53,379 nt of DNA from Reclinomonas americana ATCC 50394. Its lineage: Eukaryota. Shown in pieces: positions 13,301 through 26,770 of this stretch. The translations under genes and the position numbers were made by a program. Every line of letters begins with the position of its first letter. Within the stretch, counting starts at the first letter, position 1. The notes beneath the pieces are model-generated. The model was given only the letters and a program-made list of their open reading frames with translations. It did no database searches and was not told where the DNA came from. The DNA lies in the NCBI GenBank assembly GCA_048213135.1, contig PS015106.1, positions 151,117 through 204,495 on the forward strand, read 5' to 3'.

Positions 13301-15028
13301 TGGTCACTCTGATCGGCGTGGGGGCGCGCACGATACCACGTCGACCACGGGAGGCTCCTCGTCGTCGCTGCTCTCGTCTGCCTCCGCCGCCTCCGAGTAC
13401 GAGAGATTATCGCGCAGTGCCAACGCAGCGGGCGGTCGTCGCCTGCAGCCTGCCGAGGCTGCTGCCGATGATCCGCGTGACAGTCGCATGGTGTGTGTTT
13501 CCTCCCTTTCCTTTCTTCCACTCTGTTCGTCCTTGGCCGACATGTTGTGGCGAGCAGCGTCTCTCATCCACAGACCCCATGCCTGCTCGGGAGCGGCAAT
13601 TGCGACAGGAGACCGCCGGTGGCCAAGGGTCGGGTGGCAATGATGTCGGTGCCGCATCGCGCAGCTCGTCGACCGGCACTGGCTATCGATCCCCACCGTC
13701 ACGGTCCGTCGCGCGCGGTTGTTGTCGTGGCTGTGGATGTGGTTGCTCACTGCTCGTTGCTTGTGGTCGCAGTGGATCATCAGCAGAGAACTATCGACAG
13801 TCGCGAGGAGCGACGAGTCCGGAAGAGTCGCCACGACGCGCTGCACCGAGACCCATGCGCTCTCCACCAGAGCATGATCGCGTTGCTGAGCGGTGAACAG
13901 CGCACAATCACGTATCGCTCTTCCGTCACTGCTTCTTACGTTTTTTCTGTGGGGCAGTGACAATGGTCGCTACGGCTCCCGAGGGGAGTCATCCACGCTC
14001 TCGCAAGCCGAGGTGCGTGGATCTGGAAGTAGATAAAAAGAGACGAATGCTCATTGCTTTATTGCAGATGGATCAAATGGTCGACATGCAGGGCAGCAGG
14101 AGACGCTCCGGTGACTCGGTCGCCGCACTGGCAGAGGAGCGTGCGCGGTGAGTGCAAGTCGCCTGCCGATCGTTCGTGATGCGTGCAACTCACACGTGCC
14201 ACACAAGAGAGGAAGAGTTTCTGCGGTCGCTCGAGTCCAACCAGTCGGGTCGGAGGAGCGTTGGCAGTGAAGGTGACGACGTGTCAGCGGCATCCGCTGT
14301 GTTGGCCGAGTATGCGGCCAGCAACGCGCGAGAGGCGCTGCAGTCGTCGTTCCAGTCGTGCGTTTTTTGTGTGGCGAAATCGTCTTATCGCTAGTCTGCC
14401 TCTTTTTATCACTCATGTGCGCTTGCGTGTGTGTGTGCAGAGTATTGCCCCAACGGCCGCTCGGTTCGACGCAACAGCAGTCGGCGAGCCAATGGGATTG
14501 GGAGAAGAGTTTGCGCGAGACTACAGAAACAACTGATCGTTGCGCCCTTCTATCTCCCGATGCTCACGTGCAGGTGCAGTTGCTGACCGACTTCTCGTGA
14601 TAGGCATTGTGCACCATCCGGGATCCTCGCTGTCGCGGCGAGTGGCCGACGCTCTGGCCGATCCCGCGACCCATTCTGTCTCACCCGGGGCACTTTTACC
14701 CGACGACTCACTGGCGGTGTCCTCGACCCTGTCGGCTGTCACCACCGACGATCGCGCAGCCGACGAGGCGATTGCGGCTGGCGCTGCGGCGGCGGCTCGT
14801 CGCGAGGCACAACAAGACGCAGCGCCACAACCAGAATCGGCAAGTGGTCGACGAACGGTGCGTCTATCGGTGTCTATACCCCTCTCGCTCACTCACTCGC
14901 TCACTCACGCATTCTGGCGACACGCGCAGCCCACATCTGGTCTGCAAAAACCGCTGACATACCTGGCGGCTCTGGATCGCTACATTAATAAGCATGCGTC
15001 GTCGAACGCACGGCAAGGGACGGCATGA
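10341..15028 (+). CDS. Long multi-exon coiled-coil protein of unknown function
   Basis: A chain of E/Q/R/L-rich heptad exons joined by short GT-AG introns. Start MSLARDLVDD.., end ..RQGTA-TGA. Some internal junctions are uncertain. Confidence 0.7.
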
Positions 15029-15035
15029 GACCGCA

Positions 15036-15965
15036 TCACAAACTTTCACCTAATGAACCCTGTTGCTGTAGTTCTTGTTCTTGTTCTTGTCGTCGCCGCT
15101 GCTCTTCCGCCTCCCTCTCCCTCTTCTTCTCCGCGTACAACTCGGTGTGTCGTCCAATGTGATCGGTCAGCTCGGCGCGGATCTCACTCGCTCGTCGACA
15201 CGCCGGAAACGAGGTCAGCACATCGGCCGCCACTGCGTCCGTCTCCAGATACTGCAGCGCCACATACTCGGCCATGCCCATGCAATGGAAACCACAATCG
15301 TAGCCATTCTCCTGCTCCTCACAGTCGAGCCAGTGCAGACCGCCAGACAAGTCGGCGTGCTCGGCAAACTTGCTCACGAGTCGCCGTGTCGGTGCTGCAT
15401 TCAAACGGCCCGCCGAATCCGCTGCGTACGCTCGCCGATTGCGACAGTCGATGAACAAGACACTCCTGCACATCGCAATCAGCGATCATCTCCAATCGAT
15501 CTGCGCGCGCACTCACATGCATGCATGCACCAGTGCGATCCACCAACGCGAGTGACATCGGTGTTGTCGTTCACCGGAACCACCACCAGATCGCGTTTCT
15601 CCAGCTGCAGATCCCGACACAACGTCCGCAAGTCGTCGACTGTGCGATGTGTGTGTGAGAAAGGGAATGCAAGAGAGACAAGTCGATCGCATGACACACA
15701 CTCGCCTGGCGCCATTGAGAACCAAAACGCCGCCGATGGCTCCAACACCAACACTCGACTGTGCCCGTGCAACGTGCCCTCATGCGCCAACAATCTTTCG
15801 TGCATTTCTCAGACAGAGGCAGAGACAGTGATTGTCGTGGGGAAACGCACGCAACACAAAGAAGAGCGTCACGAGGTTATCGCTGGCCCATTGCGGAGGT
15901 CGAAGTCGATCCAGATCCTCTGGGAAGATCGTGGCCTCTTCAAAGCTGAACAACTTGGTGTTCAT
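15036..15965 (-). CDS. SENP8: NEDD8-specific protease, Ulp1/C48 family (SENP8/NEDP1-like)
   Basis: DLDRLRPPQWASDNLV, VVVPVNDN...GGSHWSVL, ADS, QENGYDCG (His-Asp-Cys triad). Confidence 0.85.
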
Positions 15966-16030
15966 CTCTCTCACAATCGACAGAAGAGAGAGAGCTTCGC
16001 AGGACGTGTTAGGACTTTTGTTGTTTGTGA

Positions 16031-18630
16031 ATGGCCGCGGAGAGCAGAAAATCAGACGTGGTGGTGGTACTTGCTGGTCTCCCCGACGACGACGACGACG
16101 AGGCAGCAGCAAGCGACGAGGCGGTGCGCGTGCAAAGAAGCAAAAGTGGCCATTTCCGGCCTCTTCACACTCACACACTCTCCCCCTTGTGTTGCACAGG
16201 AGTTCGTCTTTGGTGTTGCAGCTCCTCCTGCTGCTCCTGCTCCTCCTCCTCCTGCACCTGCTCGACCTGCATCATCATCATCATGGTCATCTGTGGCCAA
16301 TGCGCACACTCCACCTGTGCCTGTGTCACTTCGAGGACGACCAGTGGCCTTCGCCGAGCATGTCAACACACACAGTGCGTCGGCAGTGGTCGCCGACTCC
16401 ACTGCTCGTCGTCGCAAGCCACTGCTGTGTGCGTTTTCTCTCCTTCAGTCGCGCATTACACAAGCAGAGGACTGACTGTTGACAGACACAGCTTCGCTGA
16501 GTGAGATTGTGTTGAATGAGTTGCCGTTCACCCCGGCCTGTGGCATGCGCAACGTCGGCAACTCGTGCTTCATGAATGCGCTCATGCAAGCAGTCATTCG
16601 CATTCCATTGTTGCAGCGTGTCTTGCATGCCTTGCAGCGCTTCTCGTTCCCAGTGGAGGCGCCCGTGTGGCAGTCGCTGTTGCGTCTCTCTCTCTCTGTC
16701 TGTCTGTCTGTCTCTCTCCTTCCCTCCGTCCTTGTCTGACTGTGAGAGCAGGATCGACATGTATAGCGAGCTGGCCTCGTTTCCGCGCGTGGCTGGCACG
16801 CATGTGTTGACTGTGGCGCCGTTCTATACGGCGTTGCAGGCGTCGTCGGGCTTTACCTTTGTGCGAGTGCGTACGAGAGTCGGCTTTCCTGGCGTGTGTG
16901 TGGGCTCATGCGCTTTATTGTCGGTGCAGGGCGAGCAGGAGGATGTGCATGAGCTGTGGTGTGCGCTGGCCGATGCGCTGCATCGGGAGTGGGTGGCCAT
17001 TGAGAAGCACATTGATCAGCAGCAGGCGTCGTCGTCGTCGTCAACTGTTGCGCCTTTATGCAGCGTCATTCTTTTCTCTCCAAGAAATAACCACTCCCTT
17101 GATTGTTTTCCGGCAGACTGGCGGTCGTGCACAGCAGAGTGCAGCGTACACGTATGCCAAGTTGGCTGCCGATCTGGCTGGCGATGTGCCACTGGCGGCC
17201 AGCTCCGGCTCCGACTCGTCGTGGGCGGAGGCCGGTGCCAGGAATCGTTCTGCTGGTGTGTATCACGCACCCCAAGTCTCGAGTCACACGCTCAATGTCG
17301 GTGCGCGCAGTGGTTCGTCACAGCACGATTCAGGAGTCCATCATCACGACGCTCTTTGGTGGTCGTCTGCGGCACGACGTGCTGAGGAAACGCGAGAAAG
17401 CCACGGCCAATGTGGAACTCTTTCTGTGCTTGTCGGTGGATTTGCTGGTGCGTGTCTGCGCGATTGTCCACGATCGATCACAGGCCAGGAACATAACGAG
17501 ATTGTGTGTGTGTCGTGCGCGCACAGGACGCACCGCACGCCTCGCTGCCGTCGCTCATCGGAGCCTTTTGTTCGCGCGAACGACTCGAAGGCAAGGTCGA
17601 GCAGTCGTCGTCCTCGTCCTCGTCGTCGCCGTCCTCAGCCGCCGCCGATGGTCCTCGGAAAAAGGCACGCTGTTGTTATTCGTCGTCTTGCTCGCGATTG
17701 GGAATGAGCCACACGCTCACTGCTTGCCATCAGGTGACCGCGTCGCAGTCGACAGTGTTGGATCGACTGCCGCCCGTGCTGGTGGTCCATCTCAAGCGAT
17801 TCGCGTATTTCCTCGATCCGGCCACGAAGCGCATGATGGCTCGCAAAGTGTCGCTACCCGTGCGCTTTGACAATGAGGTACGGATCCGTCAATGATGCCT
17901 TTCTCCCTACTCGTCAGCGATGCTTACTTTGCGTGCACACACGCAGCTCATCATCGAGTCCGAGTGGCTCGTGCATCGCGGCACCACCAACACTGCGGCG
18001 CGCGAGTACGATCTGTTTGGCGTCGTGCACCATCTCGGCGCACACTTGCATGCGGGCCACTACGCGTGCGACCTGAGGATCGCCATGCCGGGTCACCAGA
18101 GAGACGGCGCCTCCTCGCCGGCGTCGTCCACCGTCACCACAACAACGACGGCGAGCAGAGCGCCGGCACCGCCACCGTCTGTGACGCCGTCGTCGTTGCG
18201 TGTTGTGCCGACACGAACCGTGGTTGGCGACGACGACTCGGATGACGAGGATGGTGCTGGTCGACGGCCTCGCCGGCGTCGGCGTCGCGGAAAGCGCGGC
18301 AAGCATGCCGACGGCGACGACGGCGACGATGGAGAAGAGCCATCACCGCCAAAGAATCAAGCAAAGAAAAAGGCAGAGGCGGTCGAGCAGCCGCAGCGAC
18401 GGGCTGCCGCCCCCACCGCTTCCACCACCCCCACTGCAGCCGCAGCAGCCGCAGCAGCAGCGCCGCCACCACCGGTGAGCGCCTCGGTGGAGCGACTCAA
18501 GTGGCGCCGCTTCAACGATGCCGATGTGATTGACGTGCCGGAGAGCGAGGTGTTTGGAGTGGACTCGCAGGCGGCGGCGTACATGTTTATCTTCGTGCGC
18601 CGCGATTGCCGCTCCCTGTTTCCAACATAA
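16031..18630 (+). CDS. Ubiquitin-specific protease (C19), USP10/Ubp3-like
   Basis: Cys box GMRNVGNSCFMNA, QEDVHE, ESIITTLFGG, LPPVLVVHLKRF, His box HHLG....GHY, WRRFND, AYMFIF. Confidence 0.9.
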
Positions 18631-19762
18631 ACAGTGGCACATAGACTTTATATTAAACATCATCAATCATGCAAAAAATGCAGCACTCGTCAGAACGAGG
18701 CCGCTGACCCGCACTGACTGTGCGGCGACTCACGACCTTGGTCGTCACCAATCCAATGCACTCGCCGTCTCCGCGGTGGCGACTGTCGAGCCACCACCGT
18801 CACAGGCGGCGAGCCTCCTCCACCACTCTCCACCACCTCCGCAGGCGGCGGGCTCAGCGACGACCGATGCTGCGACAGCACCGACGTCACTCCGACCAGA
18901 GCCAGCGGCCGCGGCACGCTGCTGCTGCGACTGTGCTCCTCCACAAAACACCCCGGATCGCTATTCGCCTGCGGTCTCCGCAGCTGCGGCAACATCTGCG
19001 GCCGATCACGGTGCGCTTTGTTGTGCGCCGCCGACACTGGCGAAAACGCGCCTGCAGCACANNNNNNNNNNNNNNNNNNNNNNNNNNNNNNNNNNNNNNN
19101 NNNNNNNNNNNNNNNNNNNNNNNNNNNNNNNNNNNNNNNNNNNNNNNNNNNNNNNNNNNNNNNNNNNNNNNNNNNNNNNNNNNNNNNNNNNNNNNNNNNN
19201 NNNNNNNNNNNNNNNNNNNNNNNNNNNNNNNNNNNNNNNNNNNNNNNNNNNNNNNNNNNNNNNNNNNNNNNNNNNNNNNNNNNNNNNNNNNNNNNNNNNN
19301 NNNNNNNNNNNNNNNNNNNNNNNNNNNNNNNNNNNNNNNNNNNNNNNNTTGCGCTTTCCAGCAGCAGCCACCGCCGCCGTGAGCTCTGCACTCGTCATGT
19401 GTCCTCTTCTTCTTCCTCCTCCTCCACCACCAACACGCACACGCACACAGAACACGCAGGAGTGACGATGACGGACTAGACGAGGGCGTTGACGTGTCCT
19501 GCACGGTTGACTGGCGACGTTGACAGCAATCTTGCTGTTACTCTTCATGGTACTCGCTTGCAGAGTACGAAGGGTTCGCCTTGCAGCTCATCCTTCCTTT
19601 GCCTCTCAGAGAGTGAGAGGTGCTTCTTCTTCTCCGAATTCTTCGATTTTCTTGTACACACATTACATTCGTACATGCGCGCGCCGCCACACGCGCTCCA
19701 TAAACAACTGCAGATGACGGCATTGCTGTCATCGCGTCTCTTTTTCTCTCACCTCGCCTTTT

Positions 19763-20953
19763 TTAAAACATTTCTGATTGCAACGTCCACTCGTCGACGA
19801 CGTCGTCGTTGGCGAAGAAGAATTGTGATTGTGGCGGCGGTGGCACCGTGAATGCAGCAGGCGGAGGCGTCAGTGGATCGACAGAGAGCGAGGCGCTGTT
19901 GTGGAACACGGGCAGCGACGGTAGCGGGTAGAATGGTGGTGACATGGGCACCAGTTGTTGTGCGGCCGGTGTTAAAGGTTCGTGATCGTACACGAAGCCC
20001 GGCGAGAGCGACGATGATCCCCAGCCGTGCTGTAGTGCTGGGGAGCTGTCGCAGCTGGAGCTGACGCCGAAGCTGGCCGGGATGGCCTCACACGACGCGT
20101 AGGCATGATGGAGGGCGGCCGACACAGCTGGTGGCGGCGGAGGTGGCGGTGGTGGCGGCGACGACGCCACGCCCGCGAAGCACGTGGTGGTGGTCGTCGT
20201 CACCACCGGCTTGGACTCCAGAGGGAAGAAGGGCGGCGTCATGGCCACCAGAGGCGCCACAGGGTACGCGTGTTGCCAGTACGGCGCAGGAGCAGCAGCA
20301 GCAAAGGTTGTCGTCATCGGCGCTGGCGGTAGAACCATGGATGGAACAACTCCGGTGGACAGCTCAGCAGGCAGCACTAACCAATGCCTGCTGCACCTCC
20401 ACCGGCGAAGAACCAAACAGGGAACTGCCGCAAGACGCCCGATCGCGATCGAACCCCTGCAGCCGACTCCTGCTGCCAATGCCGCCGCCGCGCTTTCCCT
20501 GTCGCTTCTGGTGCACCAGCCGCATGCACTCGCCCTCGTCGCACATGATACGGAAACGCACATTGACGTTGGCAATCATGCGCGTGCGAAACGCGGTAAA
20601 CTCAGCAGGCCCGAACCCCGGCACCTCCTGTTATCGAGAGAATCGTCAGCGATCAGAAGGAGGGAGGAAGAAGGGAGGGAGGAGTGCACACACACCGATG
20701 CCAGGCGATTGCGCAGCACGCTGACGTTGATGCGGTGGCCGACGCCACCGGCCTCGCCTCTTGATTCGGTGAAGCGTGCAGTGAACCATGTGATTGCCGC
20801 GGCCACCTTTGCAGGGTCTGCAGGTGCGCTTGAGCGACTGCTGGCACGGCGGCTGCGTTTGGGTGCCGGCTCTGCATCGGTCTCACTGTTGCTGCTGTCG
20901 TCGTCGACGTCGACGTCGTCCATCTCACTGAAAAATCGCATCTTGCAGGCCAT
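19763..20953 (-). CDS. Hypothetical protein: acidic/basic N-terminus, Pro/Ser-rich C-terminus
   Basis: Coding-like ORFs with one clear intron (~20630-20695). A frame change near 20380 could not be resolved by a convincing intron, so it may be a pseudogene. Confidence 0.4.
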
Positions 20954-21000
20954 TTTCAAAGTAGTGTTCACACTTCTCTCCACACGAGATTTGAAAAAAA

Positions 21001-21434
21001 AATTGATCGGGGGTGAGAATCCGGCTGTCGGGACCACTTTTGCCGGGTCCGAATTCTAAAAATGGCTGGGATGTTTGTGGAAGGCCCTCGAGCTCGCGAA
21101 TCGCTGTGCGGAAAATACATGCTCTTGCACGTGCGGTTTCGAGAGCTGCGCATGCTAGTGGATGTTCTAGGTGGTGGTCAACCTTTGACAGGAAAGACAG
21201 GATGCGCGGACTTGTCAACGCAAGTTGATAATGCGGTCAATTTGAGTGCTTGTGCATGCAAAAACAGCATTGGGACGGAGCTGATTTCAAACTGCACACC
21301 TCGGAGTGCATTGGACCTTTGCCGCGTCTGGATCCGCGCATCGACGTCGACAAACCCACATGACTCGTGATGGACAGGTCTCCGCAACTTGTTGGCGACC
21401 AACAAGTCTCCAGGGTGGCGCTCATCTCGTAATT
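21001..21434 (+). ncRNA. Candidate ~430 nt structured RNA of unknown family
   Basis: End-to-end stem 21001-21017/21421-21434, perfect 10 bp 21201-21210/21333-21342, GCAA-tetraloop hairpin 21212-21231, 9 bp hairpin 21387-21407. Mismatches are mostly G-U on the + strand. Confidence 0.5.
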
Positions 21435-21466
21435 CGTCACCGACACTTATTATTTATTCGCGCTCG

Positions 21467-22853
21467 TCAACCCCACGTGCCAATCGGAATGGTCATGTCA
21501 TCGACATCGTCTCGCCGGAAAATGAAATCTGTCTCCACATCGCAAGGATGCGTCTCCGCGTACTTGATAAAGCCCACCGATTGCATACTGTTCGGCGACG
21601 TGAACACCACACCAACAACAAAAAAGAAGAAACGATGAGAGTGAGTGCAGCATGCACGCAACTACGGCAGCACGGTCGACGGGTGATTCTTGTTGCTGGC
21701 ACCGTAGCCGCGGTCGTTCTCGCACTGCACCTCCAGAATGACTTTCTTGAAGCGGCGGATTTCCATGCCAGCACTGCGCGCCACGTTGATGTCGTGGCCT
21801 TGTGCGTCGACCTGCACATGAAAAAGCAGGCATGAGAGAGACTGCATACACCTCCTTTCTCCTCCTCCTCCTCCTCCTCCTCCCCCACTCTCACCGCCAG
21901 GTCCTCGTACGAGATCTCGTCGGGCGACGGCAAAAACTGAAACGCATCCTGCAGCGACATGAGCGGCACGCGGTCGGTGCCGACATAGTCGCCGCCGGGA
22001 CCACCGCCAGTGAACTTTTCCAGCGTGCCCGACACCTTGTTGCGCGTGTTGGCAAACAGCGCGTATCCTTTCCGATCCGACACCGCCACCGGCAACACAA
22101 TGCAGCGCGGATCGTTGGCACACGCCGGATCGCCCGACTTGTAGTAGTGGTAGTTTGGAATGGAGGCATCTGCGCAGCAGCAGCAGCAGCAGCGGGTGTG
22201 AAATCAGGAGAGAGAGGAAGCAGCAGAAAACCAAGAAGCACGCACTCACCAAACCCAATGTACAGCCACTCAGCGGCCTGGTTCGGCAGGCGCTCCTTCA
22301 TGCGACTCCACAGACGCGCATTGCCGCCCATGCCCACCTCCACCATGAGCTTGGTGACACCGGGAGGCACCGGAATGCGCCCATTCGGACGCAGCACAAC
22401 GCCAATGTCCATCGGCACCAACACGCGATCCGTCTCAACGGAAAACGGCGGCAGCTTGGTGTTGCTGACCTCGGCGGGCGCTGAGAGACGGGCATGAGCG
22501 CAAGAGAAAGAGAGACGGAGAGAGGCGCATGTGACTCACCAACAGGCTGCGGTACTGCAGGCGCTGCAGGTGCTGCAGGAGCGGGAGGAGCGGCAGGAGG
22601 AGCAGCGGCGGGAGGAGGAGAGGATGTCGCAGGTGGAGGCGCTGTTGCTCGCAGTGACTCTGTTGGGGCACAGGCATAGTAAGTCGAGGGAACACTGTCT
22701 CTCCCTCCTACTCGCCCTGTTCTCTCTCTNNNNNNNNNNNNNNNNNNNNCGTACGTACGTACGTACGTACGTACGTACGTACGTACGTCGTACGTACGTA
22801 CGTACGTACGTACGTACGTACGTACGTACGTACGTACGTACGTACGTCGTCTC

Positions 22854-22945
<92 letters not shown>

Positions 22946-23369
22946 CGGTCTTCTTCTTCTCCTTCTTCTTTATCTTCTTCTTCTTTTCTTCCCTCTCTCC
23001 CCTCCGTCCCCTCTCTCTCCCCTCCCTCTCCCCCTCCCTGCCTCCCCTCCCTCTCTCTCCCCTCCCTCCATCTGTTTGCCACTCACCCGCCCTCTCAATC
23101 AGCAACTGCACATGCGTCAACGTCGACTCCAGCTCACTGATCCTCTTCAACAGCAGCTTCTGCGTGGCATCACTGCCGGGCAATGGCGCCGCATACACAG
23201 CAGTGGAGGAAGAGGAAGAGGAAGAAGGAGGAGACGAGTTGTTGTTGTTATTGGTGATTGCACCCAGCGATGAAATGTACATGACACCCAGTGCCCCGCC
23301 CAACACCATGCCCAGCACAACCACACTGGCAGTGATGAGCACACGATGTGACGACGAGGAGTCGTTCAT
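21467..23369 (-). CDS. FkbM-family SAM-dependent methyltransferase with an N-terminal TM anchor (type II membrane protein)
   Basis: N-terminal TM; MVEVGMGG, YIGFEP, VLPVAVSD, VPLMSLQD, VDAQGHD..V..SAG, VILEV; AATAAA at 21453-21458 (-). Confidence 0.75.
22750..22942. repeat. (ACGT)n palindromic tetranucleotide microsatellite followed by (CT)n, inside an intron
   Basis: Directly visible; about 24 ACGT units at 22750-22847. Confidence 0.95.
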
Positions 23370-23448
23370 TGTGTGTGAGTGTGTTGCGTGTTTCCGTCCA
23401 ATGGCATTCTGTTCACTTTGGTTCAAGTCGGCTCACGCACACACACCC

Positions 23449-26400
23449 ATGCGTCGCCGCACTGTTCCGCTGGCCTCCACAGCTGCATCACCGGCAGCCG
23501 CAACAGCAGCAGGCGCGGCATCAGCAACGACAACTTCGGCATTAGTCGGTGCACGACGCGGGCAGGTGGTGTATGCAGCGCACGCGTCGCTGCTGGTCTC
23601 CACGCACACGGCGCGCGTGCTGGCGTGTGTGTGGACCGCGTTTGTGTTTGCACTCTATTTCGTCACGTTGAATCCGTCGTTGCCGGGCGGCGACAGTGGC
23701 GAGCTCATTGTGACTGGTGAGTCACACACACACACACACTGACACACGCACGCACACACTCTCTCTCTTGCACACACGCAGCATGCATTTCCATCCGACA
23801 TGCGCACATTTGCATTCGCGCGTTTTTTTACATTTTTCCTTTATCCTTGTCAGCTGATGCGCTGGGAGTGGCGCATCCTCCGGGCTATCCCACCTTTGTG
23901 CTGTTGGGCAAGGTGTTTATCACGCTGGTGCCCTTTGGCTCGCCTGCGTGGCGCATGAATCTGCTCAATGCGATGCTGGCCTCGATGGCCTCCGGCGTGC
24001 TCTTTTACATTGCATGCCGCGTGACGCGCAACAATGTGGCCATTGCGGCGTTTGCCTCTGGGTTCTTCTCGTTTAGGTGAGGGGAGAGGCGTTTCACTGA
24101 TGCTGGACGGGAGTGGTATTTGACGACTCACTCGCCCTTCCGCCCCCCCATGTTCGACAGTATTCTCACGTGGCAGCATGCGGTCACTGCCGAGGTGTTT
24201 TCGCTGAACAACCTGTTCACCGTGCTGCTGCTGTGGATGGTCATTGAGTTTGCCGATGCGTTGTACGACCTCAAGTATGGTGAGTGACGAGTTAGTTGCA
24301 TGATTCTTGCTACATCGTGACTAATCACTGGCCGCAGCGCAAGATGGCGAGCGTGCCGTGTCGCTCTCTCGACTCGGTGCCTTCCTCTGCGGCTTTGCAC
24401 TGACCAACCAGCACACGGCCATCTTGTTTGAGGTGATGCGCTCGTCGTGTGCGTTTCTGTGCCTTCGCGCGAGTCTCATGACCGCCGCAGTTGCCCATCA
24501 TCCTGTGGGTGCTCGGTCGCATGTGGCCGGAGATCAAGAAGCGGCCGTCGCTGCTGCTCGACTACTTGCGCCTGTTCCTGTACGGCATGTCGCCGTACGT
24601 GTACATGCCACTCACCGCGTTGTGGACACCGGCGCACACGTGGGGTTTGTGTTACTCGGTTGCTTCACAAGTGTGCTCACCCTCACCTCTCTTGTGTATT
24701 TTTTTCGGCAGGCAACTCGGCCACCGTCGACGGCTTCCTGACGCACATTCTGCGTCGCGAGTACGGCACGTTCGATCTCGCCAAGGACCGCAAGGAGACG
24801 CCGGACTTGCTGGAGGGTCTCCGTGCCTACTTTGCGCACTACCAGATGGAGACGCGCTACACTGGCGTGGTGTTTGCTGTGATTGGTCTGGTGGTGCTCT
24901 ACGTTCACCGCGCTCGTTACCTGCGACTGCCTGCGACAGCGGTGTGTTGATTCCGTTGACTGCTGCGGGCGAGTTGATGATTGGCACTCACGCCCCTCAC
25001 CTAACCGACCACAGTCTGCGCCGTCATCGACTTCCTCCTCCTCGTCGTCGTCGTCATCTGCACCGTCCGCCGCCACCTCCTCCTCCTCCTCGACTGCGCG
25101 CGTCTCGTTCGACCGCCACGACTGGCTGCTGGACAACATCCGCACTCCACTGCTCTCCGCACTGACCCTCTACCTGGTGTTCTTCCACTGGCGTGCCAAC
25201 CTCGACATTGCGAGTCCGCTGCTGTACGGCGTGAGTGCTCGCTTCTGGCTGCAGCCGATGCTGGCGACGACCCTCGTGTCGGCCATCGGTGCCTGCACCA
25301 TCTTCAGCTTCGTCTTCCCGCCATCCGCAGCCTCCTCTGGCAAGGAAAGCGGGAATCGCCAGGCGGGCACACTGGCCGCATTCGTGCTCTTTGTTGTGGC
25401 CATTGTTGTGTTCGCCCTCATTATTCACCGGCAATGGGAGCTGGTGAGTGTGAAGAGGTGGTGGCACGGTAGAGATGACTCGCTTATGTATTTGTTTTTT
25501 TCGCAGGTCGACCAGTCCGACTGCGACTACTTCCTGGAGTACGCCAAGGAGATTCTGCGTCCGCTCAGCAAGGGCGCCATTCTGCTCTCTCGCGGCGACG
25601 TGGTCTCCAACTCGGTGCGCTACGCGCAATACTCGGAGGGTATACGGCGCGATGTTTTTATCGTAGAACAAGTGAGTGCGTCTGGCACTCAGCACGCATC
25701 GTGCACCGCACTCACGCACACTGTGCTCAGGAACTAATGACCTATCCGTGGTACGTGGGCGCCACGGCACCAACCATGCCCGCCGTCAAGTTCCCCGGCA
25801 CGATTTGGAGTCTGCGACACGAAGGTCGCTTCAACATTGGCCAATTCATCGACGCCAACATTGACAAGCGCGACATTTACGTGTACTCGGATCTGAAAGA
25901 CGGCAAGTCACGCGTCGTGTGTCAGGAGTGCGTCTGCTCCTCACCGCCCCCTTTTTTGTGCAGGCGACCCCTCGTACGAGGCCAAGTATCAGCTCCGTCA
26001 AGAGGGTCTTTGCTCCAAGTTTGTGCGCAAGTCCGACAAGTTGGACATCAACAAGTGGTTCTACGAGCACCGACACGCGCTGCGCCCACTCACCGAGCTG
26101 CGACTGCCGCCGCTCCACAAGTTTGGCCGCGACACCTGGGAGAGTCACATTCGCCAGGAGGTGCTCATCAACTCGCACAACCGCGACGTGTTCATGATGC
26201 TGGTGCGTCTCCCGTCGTGTGTGCTCTCCAAACACTCACATCTACTCACATTGATCGACGTCGCTGTGCCAGAATGCACCGCCGGCCCAGACGAACTGGC
26301 AGCTGCGGCGCGAGTTGTACGAGGAGGTCGTGAAGCAGCTGGAGCTGTGTCTGGGTCTGTTTGATCCGCAGGCGCCGACCACTGACATTGCGCCGTTCTA

Positions 26401-26770
26401 CAAGAACCTCGGCATCTCGCACTACGAGCTGTCGATGCTGCCGTCCACCAATCCGCTCGCGCGCGAGTTCCACCAGATGGCGCTGATCGAGTACTGGGAG
26501 AAGTTCTTGCAAATGTCGCCCAAGGAGGGCCAAGCAGAACAGATCCGCATGGCCGTCGACGTGGCGCGGCGCGAGCTCGACCAGTTGCGGCGTGAGCGTG
26601 TGGCCAAGGAGGCCGAGGAAGACGACGACGACGACGACAATGATGATGATGGTGGCGACAAGAGCAGCAGCAAGAAGAAGAAGCCTGACGTCAAGCAGCC
26701 GTTCCCGGCTGACGCCGAGGAGCAGGGTGCCGTCGACACCGAGTCAGAGGTAGACGCCACGGGTTTGTAA
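23449..26770 (+). CDS. TMEM260: TMEM260/DUF2723 protein O-mannosyltransferase (GT-C fold)
   Basis: PSLPGGDSGEL, GVAHPPGYP, AWRMNLL, AEVFSLNN, LTNQHT, HILRREYGTF.L, RFWLQP, LSRGD..N..RY.Q. Confidence 0.92.

Noticed and set aside
18660-19740. ORFs around gap 19062-19348
   Set aside because: No recognisable domain or consistent exon chain.
21290-21385. U1-like motifs on the minus strand (ATCACGAG, CCAATGCACTCC)
   Set aside because: No ACTTACCTG-like 5' end, wrong spacing, no Sm site, and G-U pairs favour the + strand.
21588-21664. In-frame TAG in FkbM (also in G-alpha near 5602) suggesting stop reassignment
   Set aside because: Both are TA|GTT exon-intron junctions; splicing restores TAT (Tyr).
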